Assembly (NCBI GenBank): GCA_051744805.1
Contig: JBNJDK010000003.1
Coordinates: 348 to 64,347 of the forward strand
Source of the DNA: Bacillota bacterium
Lineage (GTDB): Bacteria > Bacillota > Halanaerobiia > Halanaerobiales > DATFIM01
Length of the DNA stretch: 64,000 nt
Direction: 5' to 3'
Shown: piece after piece, positions 49,152 to 60,156 of the stretch
How the letters are laid out: each line of letters opens with the position of its first letter
Numbering within the stretch: position 1 is the stretch's first letter
Made by a program: the position numbers and the translations under genes
The notes under the pieces: generated by a model
Told to the model about the DNA's origin: nothing
The model's database searches: none
What the model saw: only the letters and a program-made list of their open reading frames with translations

Positions 49152-50261
49152 TCACTTCACTAATTTCTCTATTTCATTTACTATTTTTTTTACAGCTTTT
49201 TTTTCACCTAATTTATTACTGTTTTCACTCATTTTATTTAATAAAAGTTCATCATTAATTATATTTTTAAAATTTTGCAGCAGAAATTTTTCATTTATTT
49301 TTTCTTCTTCAATAATAATAGCTGCATCATTGTCAGCTAAAAATTGAGCATTAAATTTTTGATGATCTCCTGTAGCATATGGATATGGTATTAAAATAGC
49401 TGCTAATCCTTTAGCAGTTATTTCAGATAAAGCTGTAGCACCTGCTCTACTAATCACTAAATCTGCTGCTGCATAAGCATATTCCATATGTTCTAAATAT
49501 GAAATGATTCTTATTCCAGGACAATTATCCAGCTTAATTTCTTTTTCTTTCAGATAATTAATTACTTCTTTATAATTATTTTTTCCAGTTATATGAATTA
49601 ATTGTAGATTATTATTTTCAATTATATATTTATAAACTTCAGCGACTGATTTATTTATACTTTCAGCTCCCTGACTGCCTCCAAAAATCAAAACAGTTTT
49701 TGCAGAAGATTTGAAATTAAAATACTTAATACCTTCACTTCTTTTTGTTTGTAAAATAATTTCTCGAACCGGGTTACCAGTATATATTATTTTATTTCTG
49801 ATTTTATTTGGGAAAAATTTTTTTGCTTCTTTAAAATTAATTGCAATTTTATCACTAAATTTACTCAAAATTTTATTAGTTACTCCAGGATACACATTCT
49901 GTTCATGAATTATAGTTGGCTTTCTAGATAAAAAACCGGCTAATACTACAGAACCTGCAACAAAACCGCCTGTTCCAAAAACTAAATCAGGTTTAAATTT
50001 TTTTATTGTTTTTCTAGATTGATAAAGACCTTTCAAATTTGAAACTAATGAAGTGATAAGTTTAAAATTAAATTTACGTGGAAGAGGAGCTACATCAATA
50101 CCTTTAAATTCTATATCCCATTCCTGTGTAATATCCTTTTCAAGACTATTTTTAGAACCTATATAAAGTATCTTCCAACCTTTATTTTTCAATTCGAGTG
50201 CTACTGCCAGAGCAGGATAAATATGTCCCCCTGTCCCTCCTCCAGTAATAATTGCTTTCAT
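49152..50261 (-). CDS. murG: UDP-GlcNAc:lipid I N-acetylglucosaminyltransferase
   Basis: Has the GGGTGGHIYPALAV motif. I set the start at the ATG at 50261 after GTGAGGTG. Confidence 0.93.
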   Translation of the reverse strand: MKAIITGGGTGGHIYPALAVALELKNKGWKILYIGSKNSLEKDITQEWDIEFKGIDVAPLPRKFNFKLITSLVSNLKGLYQSRKTIKKFKPDLVFGTGGFVAGSVVLAGFLSRKPTIIHEQNVYPGVTNKILSKFSDKIAINFKEAKKFFPNKIRNKIIYTGNPVREIILQTKRSEGIKYFNFKSSAKTVLIFGGSQGAESINKSVAEVYKYIIENNNLQLIHITGKNNYKEVINYLKEKEIKLDNCPGIRIISYLEHMEYAYAAADLVISRAGATALSEITAKGLAAILIPYPYATGDHQKFNAQFLADNDAAIIIEEEKINEKFLLQNFKNIINDELLLNKMSENSNKLGEKKAVKKIVNEIEKLVK

Positions 50262-50273
50262 ACTACACCTCAC

Positions 50274-51389
50274 TTACTTTTTGGAATATGATGATATATT
50301 TAATAAAATTCCTACACCAGATAACATTATCAAAAGCGAACTACCTCCATAGCTGATAAATGGTAAAGTAATTCCTGTTACTGGAATAGTAGCAGAAACA
50401 ACTCCTATATTAATAAATACCTGTATTGTTATCATAGTTGTTATTCCTATTGCTAATAATGTTCCAAATACATCTGGTGCTCTATGAGCAGTACGTATAC
50501 CCCTCCAGAATAATAATAAATATAGTACAATTACTATTAAAACACCTAAAAAACCTAATTCTTCTCCTAAAACCGCAAATATAAAATCTGTACCCGGTTC
50601 AGGTAAATATAAAAATTTTTGTTTACTATTTCCTATTCCAACTCCAAAAAATCCACCTGTTCCTAAAGCAAGTAATGATTGAATAATATGATAACCACTA
50701 TCAAGTGGATCTTCCCATGGATTTAAAAATGCAGTAAATCTTTCTTTTCGATAGTCAGAGCTAAAAATAAAATATAATACTGCTAAACTTCCTGTTAAAC
50801 CAAGAAAAGTCATATGTAAAATCCTGGCACCTGCTATAAAAATCAAAATAAATGAACTAATAGCTATTGTTATAGCTGTACCTAAATCTGGTTCCATTAA
50901 AATTAGCAAAAAGGTAATAGCCAAAATTATTAACGCAGGTAATAAGCCATTCAAAAAATTATTTAATTTATCTCTTTTTTTAGAAAGATAATGTGATAAG
51001 TATATAATTATTCCTAATTTAGCTACTCCTGATGGTTGAAACCCAAAAATACCTAAGTCTATCCACCTTCTAGAACCACCACGAAATTGCCCTATACCTG
51101 GAATTAATACTATTATTAACAAAAATAGAGTCCCAAATAATATAAATTTTGAAAACCTTTTATAAATGTGATAATCAATATTCATAGTAATAAACATTGC
51201 TATAAGACCAATTCCAGCTGTAATAAGCTGTCTTTTAAAAAAGTGAAAACTACTACCAAATATATCGAATGACCGGATTGAACTGGCACTTAAAACCATA
51301 ACAAGACCTATCATAAGTAAACTTATAATTATCAGTATAATAACCAAATCTGGCTTTTTATTTTCTTCAAAATTTTTATTATCTTCCAA
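50274..51389 (-). CDS. ftsW: SEDS-family peptidoglycan glycosyltransferase FtsW (SpoVE-like)
   Basis: A 10-TM SEDS protein with PEPGTDFIFAV and a C-terminal GGSS motif. It uses a TTG start after AAGGTGGGA. Confidence 0.9.
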   Translation of the reverse strand: MEDNKNFEENKKPDLVIILIIISLLMIGLVMVLSASSIRSFDIFGSSFHFFKRQLITAGIGLIAMFITMNIDYHIYKRFSKFILFGTLFLLIIVLIPGIGQFRGGSRRWIDLGIFGFQPSGVAKLGIIIYLSHYLSKKRDKLNNFLNGLLPALIILAITFLLILMEPDLGTAITIAISSFILIFIAGARILHMTFLGLTGSLAVLYFIFSSDYRKERFTAFLNPWEDPLDSGYHIIQSLLALGTGGFFGVGIGNSKQKFLYLPEPGTDFIFAVLGEELGFLGVLIVIVLYLLLFWRGIRTAHRAPDVFGTLLAIGITTMITIQVFINIGVVSATIPVTGITLPFISYGGSSLLIMLSGVGILLNISSYSKK

Positions 51390-51401
51390 AACTATCCCAC
51401 C

Positions 51402-52778
51402 TTATCTCAAATCTTTAAATTGTTTTTTTGCTTCTCTTTGAAAGATATTACCTCTTTCTTTATAATCTTGATACATATCCCAACTAGGACAGGCGGGAGA
51501 TAATAAAAGACAATCTCCTTTTTCAAAATAATTCTTTGCTATTTCTACTGCTTTTTTCATATTTTTTACTTGAAAAACATTATTAAAATTTCTTGTCTCC
51601 ATTTCATTATATATTTTTTCAGATGTTTCTCCTAAAATTATAAGAGCTTTTACATTTTTTTTAATTGAATCTGCTAATTTAGTAAAATCAGCATTTCTAT
51701 CCTGACCTCCAGCTATTAAAATAATATCTTTTTCAAATGAATTAATAGCTTTTAGTGCAGCATCAACATTTGTTGCTTTAGAATCATCTATTATTAAACT
51801 TCCGTCTTTACTTTTCATTACAATTTCAAGCCTATGTCTATCAGGTTTAAAGGTTTTGATTGTTTGTCTAATAATTTCATGATTGACTCCAATCAATGAT
51901 GCTGTTTTGGCCGCAAAAGCAATATTCATCAAATTATGTTTACCAAAGAGAGGAACTTCTTTTTGAGACATCAATTTATAAGTTTCATTATTTTCAACAA
52001 TATAAATATATTTATCATCAAAATATGCTCCATCTTCAACTCTATTCTTAGAACTTATGTAATATTTTTTAATATCAAATTCTGAGCTAGCTTTAATAAC
52101 ATCCTGATCATCAAAATTTAAAATAGCATTATCAACAGACTTTTGATTTACAAATATCCTTTTTTTAGCATTTAAATAAGCATTCTCATTAATATGTCTA
52201 TCTAAATGGTCTGGGCTAAAATTAAGAAACAAACTAATATCTGCTCGAAATTCATCTATCGTTTCCAGTTGAAAAGAACTAACTTCAACAACTAACCATT
52301 TACTGTTTGGAAGCCCAGGAGCTACTTCAATCAGGGGAGTACCAATATTTCCAGCTACAAAAACTTTTTGGGGATAATAAGAATTCATAATTTGTCCTAA
52401 AAGCGAAGTAGTAGTGGTCTTACCATTAGTTCCAGTTATAGCTATTATTTTTGCATTAGTAAATTGATATGCCAGTTCAATTTCACTTATTATTTTTATA
52501 CCTCGTTTTTGTGCTTTATCAAAAAAATCTATATTTATTGGTACTCCTGGACTAACTACAAGAATATCACATTCAAGTGCCTTTTCGCCATGACCGTTTA
52601 ACTCATATATTGGATTATAATTTTTTAATTCATCAATTTGTTCTTTTAGTTCTTCTTTACTTTTCACATCAGTAATAACTACTTCAAATTCTTTTTTTAA
52701 AAGAAATTTAGCAACTGAAACTCCTGTTCTTTTGCTTAAACCAACTACACCTATTTTTTTATCTTCTAAATTTAACAT
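51402..52778 (-). CDS. murD: UDP-N-acetylmuramoylalanine--D-glutamate ligase
   Basis: Contains GTNGKTTTT. Its position in the dcw cluster supports the call. Confidence 0.93.
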   Translation of the reverse strand: MLNLEDKKIGVVGLSKRTGVSVAKFLLKKEFEVVITDVKSKEELKEQIDELKNYNPIYELNGHGEKALECDILVVSPGVPINIDFFDKAQKRGIKIISEIELAYQFTNAKIIAITGTNGKTTTTSLLGQIMNSYYPQKVFVAGNIGTPLIEVAPGLPNSKWLVVEVSSFQLETIDEFRADISLFLNFSPDHLDRHINENAYLNAKKRIFVNQKSVDNAILNFDDQDVIKASSEFDIKKYYISSKNRVEDGAYFDDKYIYIVENNETYKLMSQKEVPLFGKHNLMNIAFAAKTASLIGVNHEIIRQTIKTFKPDRHRLEIVMKSKDGSLIIDDSKATNVDAALKAINSFEKDIILIAGGQDRNADFTKLADSIKKNVKALIILGETSEKIYNEMETRNFNNVFQVKNMKKAVEIAKNYFEKGDCLLLSPACPSWDMYQDYKERGNIFQREAKKQFKDLR

Positions 52779-52809
52779 TTCCCAAAATCTCCTTTAAAAT
52801 CAAACTATA

Positions 52810-53760
52810 TTATAAAAAACTATAAAGACCAATTATAGAAAAAATAATTTGGATTAATAAAAACCTGAATACAACTTTTGGTTCATCCCAACCTTTTAAT
52901 TCAAAATGATGATGAATAGGTGTCATTCTGAAAATTCTTTTTCCCTTAGTTGCTTTAAAATATAAAACCTGTAAAATTACTGAAACAGTTTCTATGACAT
53001 AAACTCCTCCAATTATTAATAACAATAATTCAGTTCTAGTTAATACAGCTAAAGAAGCAATTGCTCCTCCAAGACCTAAAGAACCTACATCTCCCATAAA
53101 AACTTCAGCTGGATGACTGTTATACCAAATAAATCCTAAACAAGCTCCAACTATAATTAATGAAAATAAAGATAATTGATCAAAGTATAGAGCTGAAGTT
53201 ATAAAAGTATAAGAAGCGGCCACTACTGCTGTAACACTGGAAGCTAATCCATCCAGTCCATCAGTTAAATTGACAGCATTAGCTGTACCAACAACTGTAA
53301 ATACAATCAGTGGTATTATAAAAATCCCAATCTCAAAACTATTACTAGTAAAAGGGATTATTAATGAGTTAGAAATTTCTGGAGTAAAATATACATATAA
53401 TGATATTATTATTGCGAAGCCAAATTGACCTATGATTTTTGCCAGTGCAGTTAAACCAAGTGATCTTTCTTTTTTTATTTTTAAATAATCATCTAAAAAA
53501 CCTACTAATCCCATACCAAAAGTTGTTATCAAGGCTATTAGTAAATTTTTATTTATTTTTAAAAAAACAGAAGATATAAGTATCCCACTAAGAATGAGAA
53601 CTCCTCCCATAGTAGGAATTCCCTCTTTTTCAAAATGGGACTCCGGGCCTTCTTTTCTTACTTGTTGACCAAAATTGATTTTTTTTAAAAATTTTATCAT
53701 CCAATTACCACTAATCAAAAGTATAAAAAATGGTATACTTATTGCTAAAAAGTAATTCAT
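52810..53760 (-). CDS. mraY: Phospho-N-acetylmuramoyl-pentapeptide transferase
   Basis: Contains GTPTMGG-like GIPTMGGV, NLTDGLDGLA and PIHHHFE. Confidence 0.95.
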   Translation of the reverse strand: MNYFLAISIPFFILLISGNWMIKFLKKINFGQQVRKEGPESHFEKEGIPTMGGVLILSGILISSVFLKINKNLLIALITTFGMGLVGFLDDYLKIKKERSLGLTALAKIIGQFGFAIIISLYVYFTPEISNSLIIPFTSNSFEIGIFIIPLIVFTVVGTANAVNLTDGLDGLASSVTAVVAASYTFITSALYFDQLSLFSLIIVGACLGFIWYNSHPAEVFMGDVGSLGLGGAIASLAVLTRTELLLLIIGGVYVIETVSVILQVLYFKATKGKRIFRMTPIHHHFELKGWDEPKVVFRFLLIQIIFSIIGLYSFL

Positions 53761-53772
53761 TATTACTTCCTC

Positions 53773-55149
53773 CTACTTCAAAATCCAGTCAACAATTTCT
53801 TCCATTTTCATTTTTCTTGAACCTTTAACTAAAATGCAATCTTCCTTTTCTTTCAATTCATTTAAAATCTCATAAGCATTTTTATTATTTTCAACTCTAT
53901 AAATATTTTCATTTTCCATATAATCTTCAGCTGCATTAGCTATAATTTCACCAAGGTCTCCAACAGTAATCAAAATATCAATATTTTTTTTCGCTAAATA
54001 TTTTCCTACTTCATAATGTGCCTCTTCTTTTTTAGGTCCTAATTCTAACATATCTCCTAACACAGCAATACTTCTTTTTTTAGAAATATCTTTCAAAACA
54101 TCTATTGCTGCTTTCATTGAAAGGGGATTTGCATTATAACTATCATTTATAACAGTAAAATCATCTTTTTCTCTTATATCAAGACGTAATGAAGAAAAAT
54201 CTAAATTTTTAAAGCTTTCTTTAATTAAATCCCAATCAACATCAAATTCTCTAGCAATTGAGATAGCAGCTAAAGCATTATAAATATTATGTTCACCAGG
54301 TTTATTAATTACAATATCTTTTTTCTCATCTTTAAAAAATAGCTCAAACTCTATATTTTTATTTTCATAATTATGTTTAATATTGCTGGCATATATATCT
54401 GCACTATCCTGTAAGCCATAATAAATTATTTTTTTACCAGTAAAAGCACTATCCATTTTTCTTACATAATCATTATCATAATTTAATACTGCTAAACCTT
54501 TTTCAGGTAATCCTTCAATTAATTCTTTTTTAGCTTCAGCAACATTAGCAACATTATCTAAATTTTCAAGATGAGCTTGACCTACATTTGTTACTACACC
54601 AATTTCTGGTTTAGCTATTTCAGCTAATTTTTTTATTTCTCCTATATTACTCATTGCCATTTCAAGAACTGCTATATCCTCATCCCCTTCTAAAGATAAT
54701 AGTGATAAAGGAAGCCCATAATGATTATTATAATTACCTTCAGATTTTAATACTTTATATTTCTGTTTTAAAACCCAGGCTAACATATCTTTAGTTGTAG
54801 TTTTACCTACACTACCTGTGACTCCTACCACTTTTAAATCTTTATAACGCATTCGGTTAAAATGGGCAAGATCCTGAAGAGCTTCAGTAGTATCTTTTAC
54901 TCGAATAATAGAAAGATTAGGATATGGTTTTATACTTCTATCAACAATTACTGCTTTTGCTCCTTTGTTAACCGCTTCTTCTATAAAAGAATGGCCATCA
55001 AATCTTTCTCCTATAATAGCTATAAATAAATCTTCCTCTTTTAAAATTCTACTATCAATACATACATTTTTCACCTTAGCTTCTGGATTACCCTGAACAA
55101 TTTTTCCACCAACAGCTTCTCTTATTTTTTTTATAGATAATTCTTCCAT
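53773..55149 (-). CDS. murF: UDP-MurNAc-tripeptide--D-alanyl-D-alanine ligase
   Basis: Contains GVTGSVGKTTTKD and DSYNANP. Confidence 0.93.
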   Translation of the reverse strand: MEELSIKKIREAVGGKIVQGNPEAKVKNVCIDSRILKEEDLFIAIIGERFDGHSFIEEAVNKGAKAVIVDRSIKPYPNLSIIRVKDTTEALQDLAHFNRMRYKDLKVVGVTGSVGKTTTKDMLAWVLKQKYKVLKSEGNYNNHYGLPLSLLSLEGDEDIAVLEMAMSNIGEIKKLAEIAKPEIGVVTNVGQAHLENLDNVANVAEAKKELIEGLPEKGLAVLNYDNDYVRKMDSAFTGKKIIYYGLQDSADIYASNIKHNYENKNIEFELFFKDEKKDIVINKPGEHNIYNALAAISIAREFDVDWDLIKESFKNLDFSSLRLDIREKDDFTVINDSYNANPLSMKAAIDVLKDISKKRSIAVLGDMLELGPKKEEAHYEVGKYLAKKNIDILITVGDLGEIIANAAEDYMENENIYRVENNKNAYEILNELKEKEDCILVKGSRKMKMEEIVDWILK

Positions 55150-55150
55150 A

Positions 55151-56614
55151 CTAAACCCGCTCCTTTTTACTCCTTATAGCTTCTCTAGCAACTTCTCTAT
55201 CATCAAAATGAATAGTTTTATCTTTAAAAACTTGATAAGTTTCATGACCTTTACCAAAAATTACTACTATATCATTTTTCTCTGCCATTTTTATTGCATT
55301 ATTGATAGCATCTTTGCGATCTACTATAATTTCATATTTTCCTTCATTATTAAGTAATCCTTTTTCTATATCTTCAATAATTGATTCAGGTCTTTCACTT
55401 CTGGGATTATCTGTTGTAATGAAAATATAATCACCATATTCAGCTGCAACTTTCCCCATTTTAGGTCTTTTATCTTTATCTCTATCTCCTCCACAACCAA
55501 AAACAATAATTACCTTATTTTTTAATAAATCTTCTATAGTTTTTAAAACATTTTCCATTCCATCTGCAGTATGAGCATAATCAACTATAACAGTAAAATT
55601 TTGTCTCTCTTTGATAAGTTCAAAGCGCCCAGGTATTCCATCAATTTTTTCCAGACCTTCTTTAATAGTATTATAATCTATATTTAGTACTGAAGCAACA
55701 GCAATAGCAGCAAGTGCATTATATATATTGAATTTTCCTGTTATATTTAAATATATTTTTTCTTCAAAATTATTTATTTTAAAAGAAACTCCACTAGTAT
55801 TAAGATCAATATTCTTTGCTTGAAAATCACTATTTTGGTTTAAAGAATATTTTATTATTTTTGAATTTGTACTATTAATTATTCTATCAGCTGAATCATC
55901 ATCAATATTAACTATACTATAACCATTATTTTTAACCTGATTAAATAATTTACTTTTTACTTTTATATAATTATCAAAAGTTTTATGATAATCAAGATGG
56001 TCCTGGGTAATATTAGTAAATACAGCTATTTCAAAATCTAAGTTAAAAACACGTTTAAGATCAATAGCATGTGACGAAACTTCCATAATTACATATTCTA
56101 CTCCCTGTTTTCTCATTTTATTAAAAAATTTATTTAATTCAAGAGAATTTGGAGTAGTACGAGAAGTACTTATTTCTTCTTTATTAATATAATTTCCGAT
56201 AGTACCAATTAATCCTGTTTTATGACCCGCCCTTTCTAAAATTGATCTTATTAACTTTGTAGTTGTTGTTTTTCCATTTGTCCCTGTTACCCCAATTAAT
56301 TTCAATTCTTTCTGGGGGTTTTCATAAAATTCAGCTGAAATATATGCCATAGCTTTTCTACTGTCTTTTACTTTTATATATGTTATTTCTTCTAAATAAT
56401 TATTTAAATTCTTTTCAATTACAATTACTTTAGCCCCTTTAGAAATTGCATCTTCAATATATTTATGGCCATCAGTTTCAAACCCTTCTATAGCAATAAA
56501 AAGACTATTTTTATTTATTGATCTAGAATCATAACTTATATCGTCAATTTCTAAATTTAATTCACCTTTTGTATATTCTATATCTAAATTTTTAACAATT
56601 TTTTTCAATTGCAT
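55151..56614 (-). CDS. murE: UDP-MurNAc-L-Ala-D-Glu--2,6-diaminopimelate ligase (DNPR motif suggests meso-DAP type)
   Basis: Contains GVTGTNGKTTT, DYAHTADG and a DNPRSE motif. Confidence 0.9.
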   Translation of the reverse strand: MQLKKIVKNLDIEYTKGELNLEIDDISYDSRSINKNSLFIAIEGFETDGHKYIEDAISKGAKVIVIEKNLNNYLEEITYIKVKDSRKAMAYISAEFYENPQKELKLIGVTGTNGKTTTTKLIRSILERAGHKTGLIGTIGNYINKEEISTSRTTPNSLELNKFFNKMRKQGVEYVIMEVSSHAIDLKRVFNLDFEIAVFTNITQDHLDYHKTFDNYIKVKSKLFNQVKNNGYSIVNIDDDSADRIINSTNSKIIKYSLNQNSDFQAKNIDLNTSGVSFKINNFEEKIYLNITGKFNIYNALAAIAVASVLNIDYNTIKEGLEKIDGIPGRFELIKERQNFTVIVDYAHTADGMENVLKTIEDLLKNKVIIVFGCGGDRDKDKRPKMGKVAAEYGDYIFITTDNPRSERPESIIEDIEKGLLNNEGKYEIIVDRKDAINNAIKMAEKNDIVVIFGKGHETYQVFKDKTIHFDDREVAREAIRSKKERV

Positions 56615-56639
56615 AGTTTAACCTCCAGATTTCATCTTT

Positions 56640-58730
56640 TTACTGGGTATCAACTAGAACAACACTTCCTGCTTTAATTCTTTTTCCAGGTTTAATATCC
56701 TGCCTAACAATTTTATCTCTATTACCATCAATTTGCAATTTTATTCCTACTTGATTTGCAATATTTTTAGCTACAGAAAGAGATTTTTCTTTAAAATCAG
56801 GTACAGCTACATAATAATTAGAGTTATCAATAGCTTTTTGCTCAGTAAATAATCTAACAGTTGAATTTTTATTTATATTTGTATTTTTAAATGGAATTTG
56901 CATAACTACATTTTCTCCATTACCTATTAGTTTAACATCAACACCCAATTTTCTCAATTCTTTTTCTGCTTCCAGAATATTTTTATCAACAACATCTGGT
57001 ATTTCAACCTGATTTTCATTAATAAATTTAGGACTTTCATTGGAATTTTCTGGAGAGATATCTTTATAACGAAGAATATCATGAAGTATATTTCTAAAAA
57101 CAGGAGCAGCAATCTGACTACCATAATAACTTTCTCCAGAAGCATCATATAAAACAACTAAAATTACAAATCTAGGATTATTAGTTGGAACCATCCCAAT
57201 AAAAGAAGAGTCGTAAATTTCATCATAATAGTGTTTAGCAGTACCAGTTTTTCCACCTATATCAAACCCATCTATACTGGCATTAGAACCTGTTCCTTCT
57301 TCTACAACCTTTCTTAAAAGCTCCCTTGTTCTTTCAGCAGTATTTTTAGTAATAACCTGTCTAACAGGAGTTTTTTCTATATTTTTAACAATTTTATTAT
57401 TTTCATCTGTGATTTTTTCTACTAATTTAGGTTCTAATAAAGTTCCATCATTAGCAACAGCTGAAACCGCAGTTATAAGTTGAATTGGAGTAACCGCAAT
57501 TCCCTGTCCAAACGACATTGTGGCTAATTCTACAGGACCAATTTTATCATATGAATTAAGGAGACCTTCAGCTTCTCCAGGTAATTTTATAGATGTTTTT
57601 TCTCCAAAACCAAAAGCTTCAATATAATTATAAAAATTTTCTTTACCAACTCTCATTCCAACCTGAACAAAACCTGGATTGCACGAATTTGTAACTACTT
57701 CTGTAAAATTTTCATGTCCATGACCAGCAGTTTTCCAACAATCTATACTCTCTCCTGCTACTTCAACACTACCGGGACAATAAAAGGAATCACCCTCACT
57801 AACAACTCCTTCTTCAAGAGCTGCAGCGGTGGTGATTATTTTAAATGTTGAGCCAGGTTCATAACTATCTGATATTGCTTTATTTCTCCAATGTTTTTTT
57901 GAATAATCTGCAAAATTATTGGGATTATAATCAGGTGTACTGGCCATAGCAAGTATAGAAGCATCATGAGGATCCATTACTATTGCACTTGCACCTGAAA
58001 TATCAAACTCATCCATTGCATTGTCTATTTCACGTTCTACAATATATTGAATTACTTCATCAATAGTTAAATAAATATTATATCCGTTTTGAGATGGTAT
58101 ATTTTTTCTAACACTGTCTGGAAGTATTCGTCCTGATGCATCTTGCTCAATTAATTTTTTTCCTGATAAACCATGTATATATTTATCATAAGATAATTCT
58201 ATTCCTTCTAAACCCTGATTATCAATACCAGCAAATCCTAATACCTGACTGGCTAAATCATTCTTTGGATAATATCTTTGACTTTCTTCTTTGAAAAAAA
58301 TACCATCTGGATCAAGATTTTTTATCTCTTCAACTATACTTTCATCTACTTTTCTTTGTATATATTTTGCACTGGCCTCACTGGTAAGTCTTTTATATAT
58401 TAAATCATAATCCATATCTAATATTTTTTCTAATTGTCTGGCAAGAGTTGAAGGATTATCTATTTCTTCTGGAATAGCCACTATAGTTTTCGCACTAGTA
58501 TTTACAGCAAGCTGATTTCCATTAGAATCATAAATAATCCCTCTTTTTGATTCAATATTTAATTCTCTTAATCTTTGACTTAAAGCAATTTTTTCATATT
58601 TTTCACTCTCAATTACCTGTATCCAGAAAAATTTACCAATAAAAAATAAAAAGAAAATAGTGAGTAATATTAATAAAAATATTAATCTATTTCTTATTTT
58701 ATTATTGTTTTTTTTATGGTTATCTAACAT
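56640..58730 (-). CDS. ftsI: Class B penicillin-binding protein (FtsI/PBP2B/SpoVD type) with C-terminal PASTA domains
   Basis: Has an N-terminal TM segment, a dimerisation domain, transpeptidase STFK, SNS-like and KTGT motifs, and two C-terminal PASTA-like repeats. Confidence 0.9.
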   Translation of the reverse strand: MLDNHKKNNNKIRNRLIFLLILLTIFFLFFIGKFFWIQVIESEKYEKIALSQRLRELNIESKRGIIYDSNGNQLAVNTSAKTIVAIPEEIDNPSTLARQLEKILDMDYDLIYKRLTSEASAKYIQRKVDESIVEEIKNLDPDGIFFKEESQRYYPKNDLASQVLGFAGIDNQGLEGIELSYDKYIHGLSGKKLIEQDASGRILPDSVRKNIPSQNGYNIYLTIDEVIQYIVEREIDNAMDEFDISGASAIVMDPHDASILAMASTPDYNPNNFADYSKKHWRNKAISDSYEPGSTFKIITTAAALEEGVVSEGDSFYCPGSVEVAGESIDCWKTAGHGHENFTEVVTNSCNPGFVQVGMRVGKENFYNYIEAFGFGEKTSIKLPGEAEGLLNSYDKIGPVELATMSFGQGIAVTPIQLITAVSAVANDGTLLEPKLVEKITDENNKIVKNIEKTPVRQVITKNTAERTRELLRKVVEEGTGSNASIDGFDIGGKTGTAKHYYDEIYDSSFIGMVPTNNPRFVILVVLYDASGESYYGSQIAAPVFRNILHDILRYKDISPENSNESPKFINENQVEIPDVVDKNILEAEKELRKLGVDVKLIGNGENVVMQIPFKNTNINKNSTVRLFTEQKAIDNSNYYVAVPDFKEKSLSVAKNIANQVGIKLQIDGNRDKIVRQDIKPGKRIKAGSVVLVDTQ

Positions 58731-58745
58731 AAATTCCCCCCTCTT

Positions 58746-59198
58746 TTAAGGAGAACTGGCATTAACAGTTTCTAATTTTTTAAAGAAATTATGTATTCCC
58801 TGTACAAAACTCACATTTTCTTCCTGTATTTTTTCTTCTTTATTTTTAGGTTTATTATCATTAATTGCCATATATTCAACCTTTTCAGCTTCCACCATAC
58901 CTAATTCATTTTTGGCAATTTTTTCTATACTACTTAAAGATATTTTTTTGGATACTTCAATTTCTAAATTTTTATTACGATCTTCTAAAGTATTTAATTT
59001 ATTTTCTAATTCTTCTGTTTTATAAGAAAGATGGGTAACAGTCATCATTTGTGAAATTTGAATAGCAAATAAGGATCCAATTAGAATCAAAGCTATTGAA
59101 AATATCAAAATTATATTCTTGTTTTTATTTTCCTTTTTTTCAGGATCTTTAAAATCTTTATAATCAATTTTTTCTTTTCTTTGTAACATATTAGTCAC
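58746..59198 (-). CDS. ftsL: Cell division protein FtsL
   Basis: A small bitopic protein with one TM segment followed by a coiled coil. Its position between rsmH and the PBP gene supports the call. Confidence 0.8.
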   Translation of the reverse strand: MTNMLQRKEKIDYKDFKDPEKKENKNKNIILIFSIALILIGSLFAIQISQMMTVTHLSYKTEELENKLNTLEDRNKNLEIEVSKKISLSSIEKIAKNELGMVEAEKVEYMAINDNKPKNKEEKIQEENVSFVQGIHNFFKKLETVNASSP

Positions 59199-59205
59199 CC
59201 ACCTT

Positions 59206-60144
59206 TCAATTTTTAACTCTCTCAGCTACTCTAAGTTTTGCACTTCTAGCCCTTCTATTATTTTTCACCTCTTCTTCAGTTGCTCTAACAGGACTTTTAG
59301 TAATTATTTTCACTTCCTGTTTTTTATCACAAGCACAAATTGGAAAATCAGGAGGACAAATACATTTTTTATTTAAATACTTAAATGTATTTTTAACTAT
59401 TCTATCTTCCAAAGAGTGAAAACTAATAATACAAATCCTGCCTCCTTCTTTTAATTTATATACAACTTTTTTTATCATTTCTTCAAGTTGTTTTAGTTCA
59501 TTATTTGTTTCAATTCTTAAAGCTTGAAATGTCCTTCTTGCAGGATGCCCACCTTTTCTTCTTACCGCTTTAGGAATGGCAGCTTTAATTATTTTAACAA
59601 GGTCAGTTGTAGTTTCAATAGTCTTTTTCTTTCTTTCCTCAACTATAAATTCTGCTATTCGAGCAGACCAATTTTCTTCACCATAATTTATTAAAACTTC
59701 TTCTAACTTATTTTTTGAATATGTATTTACAATATCTTTTGCACTTAAATTTTGATCTAAATTCATTCTCATATCAAGTGGTCCTTCTTTTTGGTAACTA
59801 AAACCTCTTTCAGGATTATCTATTTGAGGAGAGGAAAAACCTAAATCAAATAGCATTCCATCCACTTCTTTAATACTCAAATTTTCTAAAATTTCAGGTA
59901 TATTTATAAAATTGTCGTGTATTAACTTCAAATTATTTTTATTAACTAATTTCTTTTTAACTTCTTTTATAGCTTTTTTATCTCTATCAATTGCTATAAG
60001 TTTTCCTTTTTTATTTAATTTTTCAAGTATTGCACTACTATGTCCACCTCTACCTAAAGTACCATCTATATAAATTCCATCATTTTTTATATTTAAATAA
60101 TCTATACATTCATTTAATAATACAGCCTTATGATCATATTCCAT
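59206..60144 (-). CDS. rsmH: 16S rRNA m4C1402 methyltransferase
   Basis: Contains HKAVLLNE, DGTLGRGGHS and SFHSLEDR. Confidence 0.95.
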   Translation of the reverse strand: MEYDHKAVLLNECIDYLNIKNDGIYIDGTLGRGGHSSAILEKLNKKGKLIAIDRDKKAIKEVKKKLVNKNNLKLIHDNFINIPEILENLSIKEVDGMLFDLGFSSPQIDNPERGFSYQKEGPLDMRMNLDQNLSAKDIVNTYSKNKLEEVLINYGEENWSARIAEFIVEERKKKTIETTTDLVKIIKAAIPKAVRRKGGHPARRTFQALRIETNNELKQLEEMIKKVVYKLKEGGRICIISFHSLEDRIVKNTFKYLNKKCICPPDFPICACDKKQEVKIITKSPVRATEEEVKNNRRARSAKLRVAERVKN

Positions 60145-60156
60145 AATAATACTCCT

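Noticed and set aside
56954-57157. A 67-aa same-strand ORF inside the PBP gene, in another frame.
   Set aside because: It is embedded in the conserved transpeptidase-domain coding region, has no SD, and its sequence is implausible and low-complexity.
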